DNA of 64,000 bases, taken from the NCBI GenBank assembly GCA_021778515.1, contig JAJYCJ010000005.1:1341-65340 (forward strand), written 5' to 3'. Source of the stretch: Acidobacteriota bacterium. Its GTDB lineage: Bacteria; Acidobacteriota; UBA4820; DSQY01. The notes under the pieces were generated by a model. It ran no database searches and was not told the DNA's origin. It saw only the letters and a program-made list of their open reading frames with translations. The position numbers and the translations under genes are program-made. This document shows positions 18,001-26,054 of this stretch, piece by piece (the first letter of the stretch is position 1; each line of letters opens with the position of its first letter).

Positions 18001-20729
18001 AGATTCAGAAGACGGCCGTCTCCGCACCGGTCGCGGTGAACACGTCCAACACCGCCTATGTGGTGCTCTCCTTCCCGCCGCCGCTGGTCATGATCCACGG
18101 CATGTTCGACTGCTATCAGAAGTGGTACGACCCCAACGCCTCGGACTCCAACGCCGCCCTTTACTGGGACAACGACGCGCGGGCCCACGGCCTTATCAGC
18201 TTCACGCCCAACTACGCCTGGTGGGGAGGGACTTCGAGCTGGCCCACCATGGCCGACGAGGTGGCCCAGCAGATCGGGCAGGACCTCTCCGGACTGAACT
18301 CCAGCGGCGCGGGAACGGGCTCCGCCGTCCCGCCCATCCCCACCGTCTGGATCGCCCACGACATGGGGGGCCTCGTGGCGCGGGTGCTGGCCTCGGGCGA
18401 GCACCAGAACGACGCGCTGGTGCAGAACGTCTGGAAGATCTACCTGCTCGGCGTGCCCAACAGCGGCACGAACCTCCAGCTGGCGGGGAGCGACAACGGC
18501 ACCCTGAGCACCGACACCATCCTGCGGCGCTTCAACGCCGTCTATCCCGACTTCGGGAGCCTGGAAGGACGAGTCTACGCCATCGCCGGGGACAGCGGCC
18601 TGTGGGGGCTCCAGAACGACGACGGCCTGGTCTCCCTGGCCTCGGCCTTCACCATCTCGCGGGAGCTGTGCACGACGACCTTCGGCTACCCCGTCTGCCA
18701 GCAGTACCCCGCGGTGAGCTTCGCCGCCGGGACGGGCCACATCTTCGATTTCTCCCATGCGGAGCTCGGCGGTCCCGCTTCCACCCAGGCGATCCTCGAT
18801 GGGATCATCCTGCCTGGCGTGGCGGCCCTGGCGAAGAGCGGCCTGCTGCCGGAGCACGTGCCTGAAGGGCCTGCAGGTGGTGTCATTTGGGGCACCACCA
18901 ACCGCACGTCGGGAACCAAGCGGCAACGCATCAAGGCCACCCTCAGCCGCGCCGAGGCGGGCCAGTCCTTCTCCTACCCTTTCACCGTTTCGGACACCGA
19001 TGGGATGGCGCTACTGGCTACCGTTACCGACGGTTCCGCCGATTTCCAGGTGCTCGACCCCACGGGCCAGGTGGTGCAGAGCAGCCTCTCGGTGGACGGC
19101 CTCTTCTCCTTCTCCACCCTCAATCCGGCCCCGGGCGCCTGGACGCTCGTCGTGACCCCCGGCAGTTCGGGGGTCTCCTTCACCGCCACGGCGCAGGAAG
19201 ACAGCCCCTTCGGCATCCGCGGGAGCCTGGACGCGGGCTACTACCTGCCCGGCTCCACGGCGGTCCTCCGGGTGGACCTGGAGGGCAGCCCCCAGGTGAC
19301 CCCGCAGCAGGTCAGCGCCTCCCTGTACGATACGGCCGGCAACCTCATCGAGGGGCCCGTCACCCTCTACGACGACGGTCAGCACGAGGACGGCGCTCCG
19401 GGCGACGGCTCCTACGGCGCCCTCCTCGCCGTCTTCCCGAATCCTGGAGACTATCCCGTCGTCTTCACCGCCACCGGCGCCTACCAGGGAGAGGCCTTCT
19501 CCCGGCTCGCCTTCGCCACCCTGACGGTGGTGCCCTCCACCCACCTGCTGACGGGCGCCTTTGCCTTCTCGCCCGTGAGCGCCTCCGGCGGAAGCACCAT
19601 GGACGCCATCCAGATGACCGCCGGCGTCACTCTGCCGGCGGCGGGGAGCTACGCCCTCTCGGCGGACTTGATGGATGCGGGCGGCCTCTTCGTGGCCCAC
19701 GCCTCCACGGCCCTCACGGCCACCGCGGCGGGCCTCACCACCGCGACCCTGGTCTTCCCGCTGGACGGCGCCACCTGTAGCCAGCTCGATGCCCCGCTGA
19801 CGGTGGCCGGCCTCCAGGTCCTGGACGGAGCCACCCTGACGCCCGAGGACGTCTGGGGTTCTCCCCTCTACACCCCGGCCTACCCCTCCGGCACCTTCTC
19901 CTGCCAGAGCGGTACCCCCGAGCCCACGCCCACGGCCCTCCAGCCCTCCCTGGCCGTGACGGGTACCTCCATCAGCCTTCTGGTGGCGGGCACCGGCTTC
20001 CAGAGCGGCGCCACCCTCACCTTCGACTCGGGGATCCAGGTCAACAAGGTGGTCCAGCTCTCGCAGAACCTCCTGTCGGCCTCCATCACCATCCTCTCGA
20101 ACGCGGCCGCGGGCGGCCACACGCTGACCGTCACCAATCCCAACGGCACTTCGGGGAACCTGGTTTCGGCCCTGACCATCACGCCGAACCTGCCGCCCAC
20201 CGTCACCCTCTTGACCCCCGCCAGCGGCACCAGCTATACAAGCTCCCCCCCCACCCAGGTGAGTGTCTCGGCCTCCGCGAGCGACGACATCGGAGTCACC
20301 CAGGTGGTCTTTCTGCTGGACGGCACGCCCTTCGCCAACGTGAGCCAGTTCCCCTTCATCTGGAGCTTCCCCTCCTCCGTCCTGACCCATGGCGCCCACA
20401 CCCTGACGGCCGTGGCCTACGACCCCAGCGGCCTGACCGCCCAGGCCTCCGTGACAATCTACAAAGACCCGCCCACCATCACGGCCATCAGCAAGCTGAC
20501 AAACCCCTTCCGGCTGAAAGTCACGGGGACCAACTTCCTCCCGGGCCTCTCGGTCACCATCGGGAATGATGCGGCCCCCTGGCCCGGCGTCACTGTCAAA
20601 TCGGACACCAAGCTGATCCTTAAGAAGGGGGCCGGCCTCAAGGCGCTCTTCCCGAAGGGTCAGGCTGTACCCATCCGCATCGCCTACCCCGACGGCACCG
20701 AAGGAACGGCCAGCTACACCAGGCCCTGA
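15018..20729 (+). CDS. Giant secreted protein: SBBP beta-propeller repeats, 2 PKD domains, alpha/beta-hydrolase-like domain, choice-of-anchor-X-like motif, Ig-like domains
   Basis: Signal peptide ending ARA; FEPNRGQ; repeated YSTYLGG..AVD..G.AYVTG; WDFGDG/WNFGDG; IHG..AHDMGG..DGLV..H; LYDDGQHEDGAPGDGSYG; GGAGGG RBS before ATG 15018. Confidence 0.9.
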   Translation: MEHVKGRAGTQFRCLVLALGCLPLLHALPARASGPTPLSGEAGPRLEKAYGAVSLHFEPNRGQSDPRVEYLAHGRGFGLYLNRTGATLVLSAPTGAQARGSRRTPLDSCPQACSTIRLSLEGGNAAPALVGLDRLAGTSSYFLGNDPSRWITAIPTFGRVACKQVYPGVDMVYYGDGRALEYDFLLAAGTNPRTIRLRYEDGAGKPVPLQIGSNGDLLLPTPFGRLVQRAPAVFQVRNGAKIALSGRYEILGPGRVGLAVAGYDPALPLTIDPILSYSTYLGGSGLDQGQGIAVDANGNAYVTGFTESADFPVSAGKGPYGQKDAFVTKLSPDGKSLVYSVYFGGTGDDIARGIAVDAQGDAFIVGGTTSFDLPVLNGFQSTHGGSPTAPNSDAFIAELGPGGTSLVYSSYLGGSGNDEATAVALDAAGNAFITGDTSSADFHSSGNAYQPAYGGGFRDSFLCEVAPGGSTLLYSTYLGGDADDYGNGVTVDALDHVFVTGGTSSVAFPISSNALQPALRGSTNAFVSAFDFSAPAGTTPGLLYSTYLGGSGSDAGQAIASDASGDAYVTGYTTSTDFPVTQGSFHGGADAFVAKLDPTGGSLLFSTYLGGSAYDAGYAITVGGDGSAYVTGVTYSTDFPTASPVQAANASASTSNSDAFVSKLSPSGSALSFSTYLGGGDNDQGQAIALDSAGGVYVAGTTYSSNFPVQNPFQGSYGGNGDVFISKILLADCTLTCTAVASPSTGAAPLSVAFSATATPSNCGSGTAAYDWDFGDGTPHSSAQNTSHTYTQPGSYTWTLTVSLDVTTCTQSGTIVVTPGCTVSCSANATPTAGPAPLAVALTASASSSDCGTAATYLWNFGDGTASSTAQNPSHTYLQPGTYTWTVTATIGGSTCTQSGSVTALATPGSLSGMVAISAGDQFFSLDGPGIVSGSVTAVDSTGNAITAPLSGGHFSFTGLAQGSYQLTATVTYADNVLFDADLLSYGCTAPSNMQIQKTAVSAPVAVNTSNTAYVVLSFPPPLVMIHGMFDCYQKWYDPNASDSNAALYWDNDARAHGLISFTPNYAWWGGTSSWPTMADEVAQQIGQDLSGLNSSGAGTGSAVPPIPTVWIAHDMGGLVARVLASGEHQNDALVQNVWKIYLLGVPNSGTNLQLAGSDNGTLSTDTILRRFNAVYPDFGSLEGRVYAIAGDSGLWGLQNDDGLVSLASAFTISRELCTTTFGYPVCQQYPAVSFAAGTGHIFDFSHAELGGPASTQAILDGIILPGVAALAKSGLLPEHVPEGPAGGVIWGTTNRTSGTKRQRIKATLSRAEAGQSFSYPFTVSDTDGMALLATVTDGSADFQVLDPTGQVVQSSLSVDGLFSFSTLNPAPGAWTLVVTPGSSGVSFTATAQEDSPFGIRGSLDAGYYLPGSTAVLRVDLEGSPQVTPQQVSASLYDTAGNLIEGPVTLYDDGQHEDGAPGDGSYGALLAVFPNPGDYPVVFTATGAYQGEAFSRLAFATLTVVPSTHLLTGAFAFSPVSASGGSTMDAIQMTAGVTLPAAGSYALSADLMDAGGLFVAHASTALTATAAGLTTATLVFPLDGATCSQLDAPLTVAGLQVLDGATLTPEDVWGSPLYTPAYPSGTFSCQSGTPEPTPTALQPSLAVTGTSISLLVAGTGFQSGATLTFDSGIQVNKVVQLSQNLLSASITILSNAAAGGHTLTVTNPNGTSGNLVSALTITPNLPPTVTLLTPASGTSYTSSPPTQVSVSASASDDIGVTQVVFLLDGTPFANVSQFPFIWSFPSSVLTHGAHTLTAVAYDPSGLTAQASVTIYKDPPTITAISKLTNPFRLKVTGTNFLPGLSVTIGNDAAPWPGVTVKSDTKLILKKGAGLKALFPKGQAVPIRIAYPDGTEGTASYTRP

Positions 20730-20754
20730 GTCTTCGTAATCTCGACCGATGCAC

Positions 20755-20781
20755 AGGGGCGGCCTCCGGGCCGCCCCTCTT
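20755..20781 (+). terminator. Hairpin, probable intrinsic terminator of the giant protein gene
   Basis: AGGGGCGGCC-TCCG-GGCCGCCCCT perfect 10-bp stem, 25 nt after the stop; weak U tail. Confidence 0.65.
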
Positions 20782-20799
20782 CGTCACCCCTCCAAAGCT

Positions 20800-20947
20800 G
20801 TCACCCTGAGGCCCCCCCCAGAGGGCTCCCCTGGAAGGGTCTCAGGCGTGGGCCTGGAGTAACGCCGGTGGGCTCCGGGGCCGTTGGGCGCACTCCCGCG
20901 CCTGAGATCCCTCGGGGGCTCTGCTTCGAAGGAGCCCTCAGGATGAC
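20800..20947. repeat. Structured palindromic repeat, copy 1 (REP-like)
   Basis: GTCACCCTGAGG...CCTCAGGATGAC outer inverted ends; inner stem GAAGGGTCTCAGGCGTGGG/CCCGCGCCTGAGATCCCTC; direct repeat of 21371-21520. Confidence 0.9.
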
Positions 20948-20976
20948 GACGACGACGCGGCGAGGGTGGTTCGTTG

Positions 20977-21294
20977 TCAGTGGGGCGGCAGCGTCCGCTC
21001 ACTCCTCAGGTCCGGCGTGAGATCGCTCCAGCCGGGATTCACCGATTCCACGAGGGCGATCTTGCGTGCTCTCAACCAACCCTTGATCTGCTTCTCACGG
21101 GCGATGGCTCCCAAAGCTCTCTCGCCGACCTCGTAGTAGACTAGTTTCTTCACGTTGTAACGGGAGGTGAACCCATCCTGCTTTCCTCGCCGGTGCTCCT
21201 CCATCCTCCGGATGAGATCGGAGGTCACGCCCACGTACAGCGTCTTGGTGCGGCTAGGCAGGATGTACACGAAGAACAGCTTCTTTCGCGCCAT
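20977..21294 (-). CDS. Stand-alone GIY-YIG nuclease family protein
   Basis: FVYIL..TLYVGVTSDLIRRMEEH..FTSRYNVKKLVYYE..AIAREKQIKGW..K..LVES.NPGW.DL. Confidence 0.93.
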   Translation of the reverse strand: MARKKLFFVYILPSRTKTLYVGVTSDLIRRMEEHRRGKQDGFTSRYNVKKLVYYEVGERALGAIAREKQIKGWLRARKIALVESVNPGWSDLTPDLRSERTLPPH

Positions 21295-21370
21295 GATTCA
21301 CGCTTTCATCCTTTTCGCCTTCGGTCTCGTTCACGGTGCGGCCAGTCAAGCCCCCACCCTCCCCATAGCT

Positions 21371-21520
21371 GTCACCCTGAGGGCACCCCCAGAGGGCTCC
21401 CCTGGAAGGGTCTCAGGGGTGGGCCTGGAGGAACCCCAGTGAGGGCTCCGCTGACGTTTTGCCTGGTCCCGCGCCTGAGATCCTTCAGGGGCTCCGCTGC
21501 GAAGGGGCCTTCAGGATGAC
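21371..21520. repeat. Structured palindromic repeat, copy 2 (REP-like)
   Basis: Same arms as copy 1 with a divergent central loop; ends TTCAGGATGAC. Confidence 0.9.
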
Positions 21521-21543
21521 GGGAAAGCGGGGGGCGGATCTCC

Positions 21544-21570
21544 TTGACAAGTCGCGGGGGGGGGTAGCCT
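21544..21570 (+). promoter_or_regulatory. Candidate sigma70 promoter of the small peptide gene, with a G9 tract in the spacer
   Basis: TTGACA (21544-49), 15-nt spacer with nine Gs (21556-64), TAGCCT (21565-70). Confidence 0.55.
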
Positions 21571-21596
21571 TGAGCCACCTTGACAGGAGGTGTTCG

Positions 21597-21674
21597 ATGT
21601 GTACGATCCTCTTCCTCATTACGGTCCTGGTCTGTTCTCCTTCCGGCGGCGTTGTCTGGGGCACGACGAGCTGA
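21597..21674 (+). CDS. 25-aa small peptide MCTILFLITVLVCSPSGGVVWGTTS (putative secreted/signal pro-peptide)
   Basis: AGGAGGT Shine-Dalgarno 5 nt before the ATG; upstream promoter; hydrophobic N-half; C-terminal motif also present in the giant protein. Confidence 0.72.
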   Translation: MCTILFLITVLVCSPSGGVVWGTTS

Positions 21675-21740
21675 GCGGCACCGGGGCCCGAAGCCCGGGG
21701 ATGCCCTGGCTGGGCCTCCCTGGGCCTCCCCCCTTCCGTG

Positions 21741-24700
21741 TCATCCCGCGGGCGTCCCGGCCCGAAGCGCCCGCACCTCCGGGAGAGCGGCCAGGGCGTT
21801 TCGGATGGCTGGGTCGGTGTTCCGCGCTTCTAGCTCTCCCAATAGATTTTCCGCTGCCTTCCGCCAATAGTGGGCCGAGCCGCGTTGTCCTGTCCCTTTC
21901 GCCGCCAGATACCTCAGGTTACGATACCGCACGCCAGCAAGACCCCGGTCCAGACTGCGAGCATACCTTTGCAGCCGATGAATAACCCCGTCAAGATGCC
22001 TTGCGCGCCCAGTCTTATGGAAGACCGCACCAAGAGTGAGAAGGAAAGGAGCCATCTTGAAGGGACTATGGTGGCACGCCGTTGTGGAAAGTACATTTAG
22101 TCCCCTTTCGGCTGCTTCATCTAGCCTCCCCGCGTCGGCAAGAACGCGAAGAACCGCTTCGCCGATCTCGGCCGCAAGCCAACGACTTCCTACGACCTGA
22201 GCGGCATTGAGGAGTGCTTCAAGCTCCTGGCATGCCTGATTGGAGTCTATTTCGCCCTTTAGGCTCCTGTAAAGAGTCCACTGAGTCTTGAAGCCTATCG
22301 TCCATGTCTTCGACTCGCTCCCTAACATGGGCACCATTTTCGGCAACCATTTCTCCACGTGAGGCTTGGTCAAGACAGGTTCATGCAGTTGATTGGCTAG
22401 GCTGAGGATCTCCGCAAGACACGCCAAGGCCCACTCATCGTATCCAGCCGCCTGATGCGCTTCCAGTGAAATGGTCTGGCATTTAAGTGCTTCCTGGAAG
22501 TTGCCATTGACGCCGTGGAGCATGCCAAGGAACTGCATATTGAGCGCCGCATAGTACTCCTGGCCATAATGCTGGGCTGTCCTCAGGGCTGATCTGGCAG
22601 ACAGTTCTGCCTCGTCCCAATACCCCAACATGGTTTGGTAGAGTGCTTGGTTGGAGAGAGCGACGACGTGCGGATCCCTGTAGCCGAACTGCCGGGCCAC
22701 CAATAGGCCCTCCTGGTCTATCAACAACGCCTTCCGATAGTCGCCGAGTTCATAGAGAACCAAGGCCAGGTTGATGGTGATGGAGACCATGTTGGGTCTC
22801 AAGCCATAGACCCGAGCCTGTTTCAGTGAGGCCTGAAGGATCCGCTTGGCCTCTCTCAATTGGCCTTGATAGTAGAGCGCGAGCCCCTGGTTCATCAGGG
22901 CATAGACGAGGGAGCCATGGGCCCCGATTCGCCTGGCGAGCCGCTCCGCCCGTTCGAACTGCTCCATGGCCTCGTCCATGCAACCTGACATGGCCAGGGG
23001 AACGGCCGAATCCAAGAGGATTCTGCACTCGAGGGTGGCGTCATGGAGTTTTCTGGCCGACTCCAGAGCCTTTGCATACTGCTGCAAGGAGCCGGTCAAT
23101 TCTCCTCTCCGGCGGAGATTATTGGCGATACAGGTCAGCGCCACGACACTCTCCTGGGACTCGGCTGGCGGAAGATCGATCGCTCTCCGGCTGAGTCTGT
23201 CCGCCTCATCGAAGCGTCCGAGGCCGTTACAGACTTCAGCCAGGTCACACAGGGCCTTTTTCAGGTTGGAGACCTTCAATATGGGATTTCGTTCGGCCAA
23301 AGAGATGAAGCGTGTCAATAGGTTGAACGCGGCGCCGTTGTCGTAGCGGTCGCGGGCGTCCTGGGCGGCGAGCCAGAGGTAGCGGGCGGCTTTCTCGTCG
23401 TCGCCGGCGGCCTCGAAGTGGTGGGCCAGGTAGGGCCACGTCCGGCGCTCGCCGCCTTCCTGGTCCTCCAGAAAAGCGGCCACCTGGGCGTGCACGGCCC
23501 GCTTGACCGAGAAGGTGAGCGACTCGTAGAGGGCATCGCGCAGGAGCGAGTCGGCAAAGGTGGCGTAGGGGCGTCGCCCCGACGCGTCCAGGCGCAGGAG
23601 CCCCTTCTCGGAGAGGGCCCTCACCCGCCCCTCGACGTCAAGCGCCTTCAGCCCCAGGACCCTGGCCAGCAGGCTGACGGAGAAGGAGGCGCCCAGCACG
23701 GAAGCCGTTTTCAGAAGCTGACGCTCCTGATCGGGAAGGCCCTCGACCTGGGTCAGGAGCACGCCCTCGAGGGTGTCCGGGAAGGCCGAGGCCGTCAGGC
23801 GGTCCTCGTCCACCTCGAGCAGCCCGGAGGGGCCCTGGGCCAGCAGACCCTGGTGGGCCAGCACGGCCAGCACCTGCTGGATGAACTTGGGGTTGCCCCG
23901 CGTCTTCTCCATGACGAAGCGGGTGAAGGCCTCGGGGGGCGCGGCCATGCCGCCGGCCCGCGTCAGGAACTCGCCCACCTCCTCCTCGCCCAGGGGTTCG
24001 AGGCGGACCGTCCGAAGGCCGGCCACCGCCTCTCCCACCGCCGCGGGGGCACTGGAGCGAAAGGCCAGGAGAAGCTTGAGAGGGGCCTCCTCCACCTCGG
24101 CCAGAAGAGCCGCCAGGAACTCCAGCGAGGCGGGATCGGCGTGCTCCAGGTGATCCACGAAGAGGCCGTACGGCTCCTGTGCGGCCTGACGCAGGAAGAG
24201 CCGGGCCAGCATGGCGAAGGCGGCCTCCTTGCGCTCCTTGGCCGCGAGGGCCTTGACGGCGGCCGTTTCCTCCATCGCGAGACCGAGGAGGGGCGCCATG
24301 AGGCAGAGGAAGTCCTGGTCTTCTTGAGACATCCCCTGCCGGAGGGCCTCGAGGCGCAGGGCCTCGCCGGAGGTGCGGCTCACGCCGAGAGAGGAGAAGA
24401 GCACCGGGGTCCAGGCGGAGAGGTAGCTCTCGCTGCTGTAGGGGACGAGCGGCACCGTGATGTGGCGGATTCCCGCCGCATCCAGCCCCAGCCCGAGCCG
24501 GTGCAGGAGCGCGCTCTTCCCAACCCCGGCCTCGCCCGTCACGGCCAGCGCCAGAGGCTTCGACGGATCGGCCAGGAGCGGTCCCAGCTCCCCGAGCAGC
24601 TCCTCCCGCCCCACGTACTCCGCGAGGCGCTCCTCCTCCGCCTGCCGCTCGCCCTCGGGCCTGAAGACGCGCACCCGCTCGCCGATGCCCTTGACGAAGA

Positions 24701-26024
24701 CGGGGTCCAGCTCTCGGAAGACGAGCGCCCCTCCCGCCTCCTCGGCCACCTCTCTGGAGGCCAGGACCCTCCAGGCGTGGGCGTTCTGCATCAGCCGGGC
24801 CGCCAGGTTGATGCCGGCGCCCATGACCGTGTACTCCCGCCGCGCCTCGCAGCCCACGAAGGCCGCAAAAAGCCTGGAGACGGTGATCCCGATGCGCACC
24901 TCGGCGAGGAGTTCTCGCAGCGTGGCGGAACCCACCAGCTCCAGGGCCGCCCGGCAGGCCATCTCCTCCTGGCGCTCCAGGGCGTAGGGAACGCCGAAGC
25001 AGCAGATCGCCTTGCTCCCCTTGTCGCCCATGTCCAGCTTGTTCACGTGGCCGCCGTACTTTCGCACCGTTTCGGCGATGATCCGGTAGACCCGGCGGCA
25101 ATGGTCCACCGCTTCGGCGTCGAGGTCGTAGTCGATGCCCCGGAAGGCGAGGAAAAGGACCGCCGTCCGCCGGTGCTCGGCCACCGCGTGGCCGCTTCCG
25201 GTCCCAGCCCTGGCCTGGACGAAGGGCGGCAGGAAGGTTTCGAGACTCTCCCGGCTGGGCAACGGCGCACGGCCGGTGGCGGCAGGTTCGGGCGTCCGAT
25301 GCAGCCCATCGAGGCCCGCGAGAAGCAGGAAGCCGTCGCCGGCCTCCTCCACCCGGCAGTCCACGGGGAGCCCGGCCCGGCAGGAAGGCCCCAGGAGGAT
25401 CCGCCCCCGCGAGGCGCGGTGCTCCGCCTCCGCAGCCTCGTCCAGCGCCGAGCCGGCGGCGAAGTAGTCGCGTCCCGCCTCCTCGTCCCCCACCGTACCG
25501 ATCAGGAGGGAGCCGACGGAGATGCCCGTCTTCATGGCGAGCGAGAACTCGCCCCCGCGGGTGGGGATGGACTGGAAGCGGCGTATCTCCTCGTGCATCC
25601 GGAGCGCGGCCCGCAGCCCTCCCGACAGGTCCGGAGGGAAGAGCAGCGTCATCGCGTCGCCCCCGAACCGGAGAACGTCTCCGCCCTCCTCGTGGACGAT
25701 CGCGATCATGGCCGCGAAGAAGTCGTTCAGAACGCGGGTGAGTTCCTCCGCCCCCTCCCTGCCGATGGCCGCCAGCCGCTCGGTCATGGCCGTGAAGCCG
25801 GCCAGGTCCGCGAAGAGCAGGCAGCCTTCCATCCGCCGGGCGCCCTCCGCGGAGCCCAGGAGAGGCCAGAGGCTCCTGGGCACGAAGGCGGCCAGATCCC
25901 GTCTGAACTCGTTCAAGAGCGCCCCCGAAGCAGTTGAAATCGGGTTTCGACGGTCTGAGCCGCCGGCACCAGGACCCCAGGATGGACCAGGAGGAGCTCC
26001 GCTGTCCACGGTGGCACCGGCCAC
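21741..26024 (-). CDS. Soluble-adenylyl-cyclase-like protein: tandem class III cyclase domains, STAND/AAA NTPase, TPR C-terminus
   Basis: LLFADLAGFT..GGDVLRFGGDA; second domain KLDMGDKGSK..FGVP..EYTVMGAGINLAARLM; GEAGVGKS; KTRGNPKF; helical TPR repeats. Start codon uncertain. Confidence 0.9.
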   Translation of the reverse strand: MAGATVDSGAPPGPSWGPGAGGSDRRNPISTASGALLNEFRRDLAAFVPRSLWPLLGSAEGARRMEGCLLFADLAGFTAMTERLAAIGREGAEELTRVLNDFFAAMIAIVHEEGGDVLRFGGDAMTLLFPPDLSGGLRAALRMHEEIRRFQSIPTRGGEFSLAMKTGISVGSLLIGTVGDEEAGRDYFAAGSALDEAAEAEHRASRGRILLGPSCRAGLPVDCRVEEAGDGFLLLAGLDGLHRTPEPAATGRAPLPSRESLETFLPPFVQARAGTGSGHAVAEHRRTAVLFLAFRGIDYDLDAEAVDHCRRVYRIIAETVRKYGGHVNKLDMGDKGSKAICCFGVPYALERQEEMACRAALELVGSATLRELLAEVRIGITVSRLFAAFVGCEARREYTVMGAGINLAARLMQNAHAWRVLASREVAEEAGGALVFRELDPVFVKGIGERVRVFRPEGERQAEEERLAEYVGREELLGELGPLLADPSKPLALAVTGEAGVGKSALLHRLGLGLDAAGIRHITVPLVPYSSESYLSAWTPVLFSSLGVSRTSGEALRLEALRQGMSQEDQDFLCLMAPLLGLAMEETAAVKALAAKERKEAAFAMLARLFLRQAAQEPYGLFVDHLEHADPASLEFLAALLAEVEEAPLKLLLAFRSSAPAAVGEAVAGLRTVRLEPLGEEEVGEFLTRAGGMAAPPEAFTRFVMEKTRGNPKFIQQVLAVLAHQGLLAQGPSGLLEVDEDRLTASAFPDTLEGVLLTQVEGLPDQERQLLKTASVLGASFSVSLLARVLGLKALDVEGRVRALSEKGLLRLDASGRRPYATFADSLLRDALYESLTFSVKRAVHAQVAAFLEDQEGGERRTWPYLAHHFEAAGDDEKAARYLWLAAQDARDRYDNGAAFNLLTRFISLAERNPILKVSNLKKALCDLAEVCNGLGRFDEADRLSRRAIDLPPAESQESVVALTCIANNLRRRGELTGSLQQYAKALESARKLHDATLECRILLDSAVPLAMSGCMDEAMEQFERAERLARRIGAHGSLVYALMNQGLALYYQGQLREAKRILQASLKQARVYGLRPNMVSITINLALVLYELGDYRKALLIDQEGLLVARQFGYRDPHVVALSNQALYQTMLGYWDEAELSARSALRTAQHYGQEYYAALNMQFLGMLHGVNGNFQEALKCQTISLEAHQAAGYDEWALACLAEILSLANQLHEPVLTKPHVEKWLPKMVPMLGSESKTWTIGFKTQWTLYRSLKGEIDSNQACQELEALLNAAQVVGSRWLAAEIGEAVLRVLADAGRLDEAAERGLNVLSTTACHHSPFKMAPFLLTLGAVFHKTGRARHLDGVIHRLQRYARSLDRGLAGVRYRNLRYLAAKGTGQRGSAHYWRKAAENLLGELEARNTDPAIRNALAALPEVRALRAGTPAG

Positions 26025-26054
26025 GTGAGGTCGGGTGGGCCCCGTGGAAGCCCG

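Noticed and set aside
20977..21294. GIY-YIG gene as an intron homing endonuclease or IS transposase
   Set aside because: It is a single ~100-aa domain with no DNA-binding extension, no interrupted host gene and no target duplication.
21739..21810. Possible third GTCATCC-type palindrome at the end of the cyclase gene
   Set aside because: Only the first ~7 nt match, the inner arms are absent, and it lies within coding sequence.
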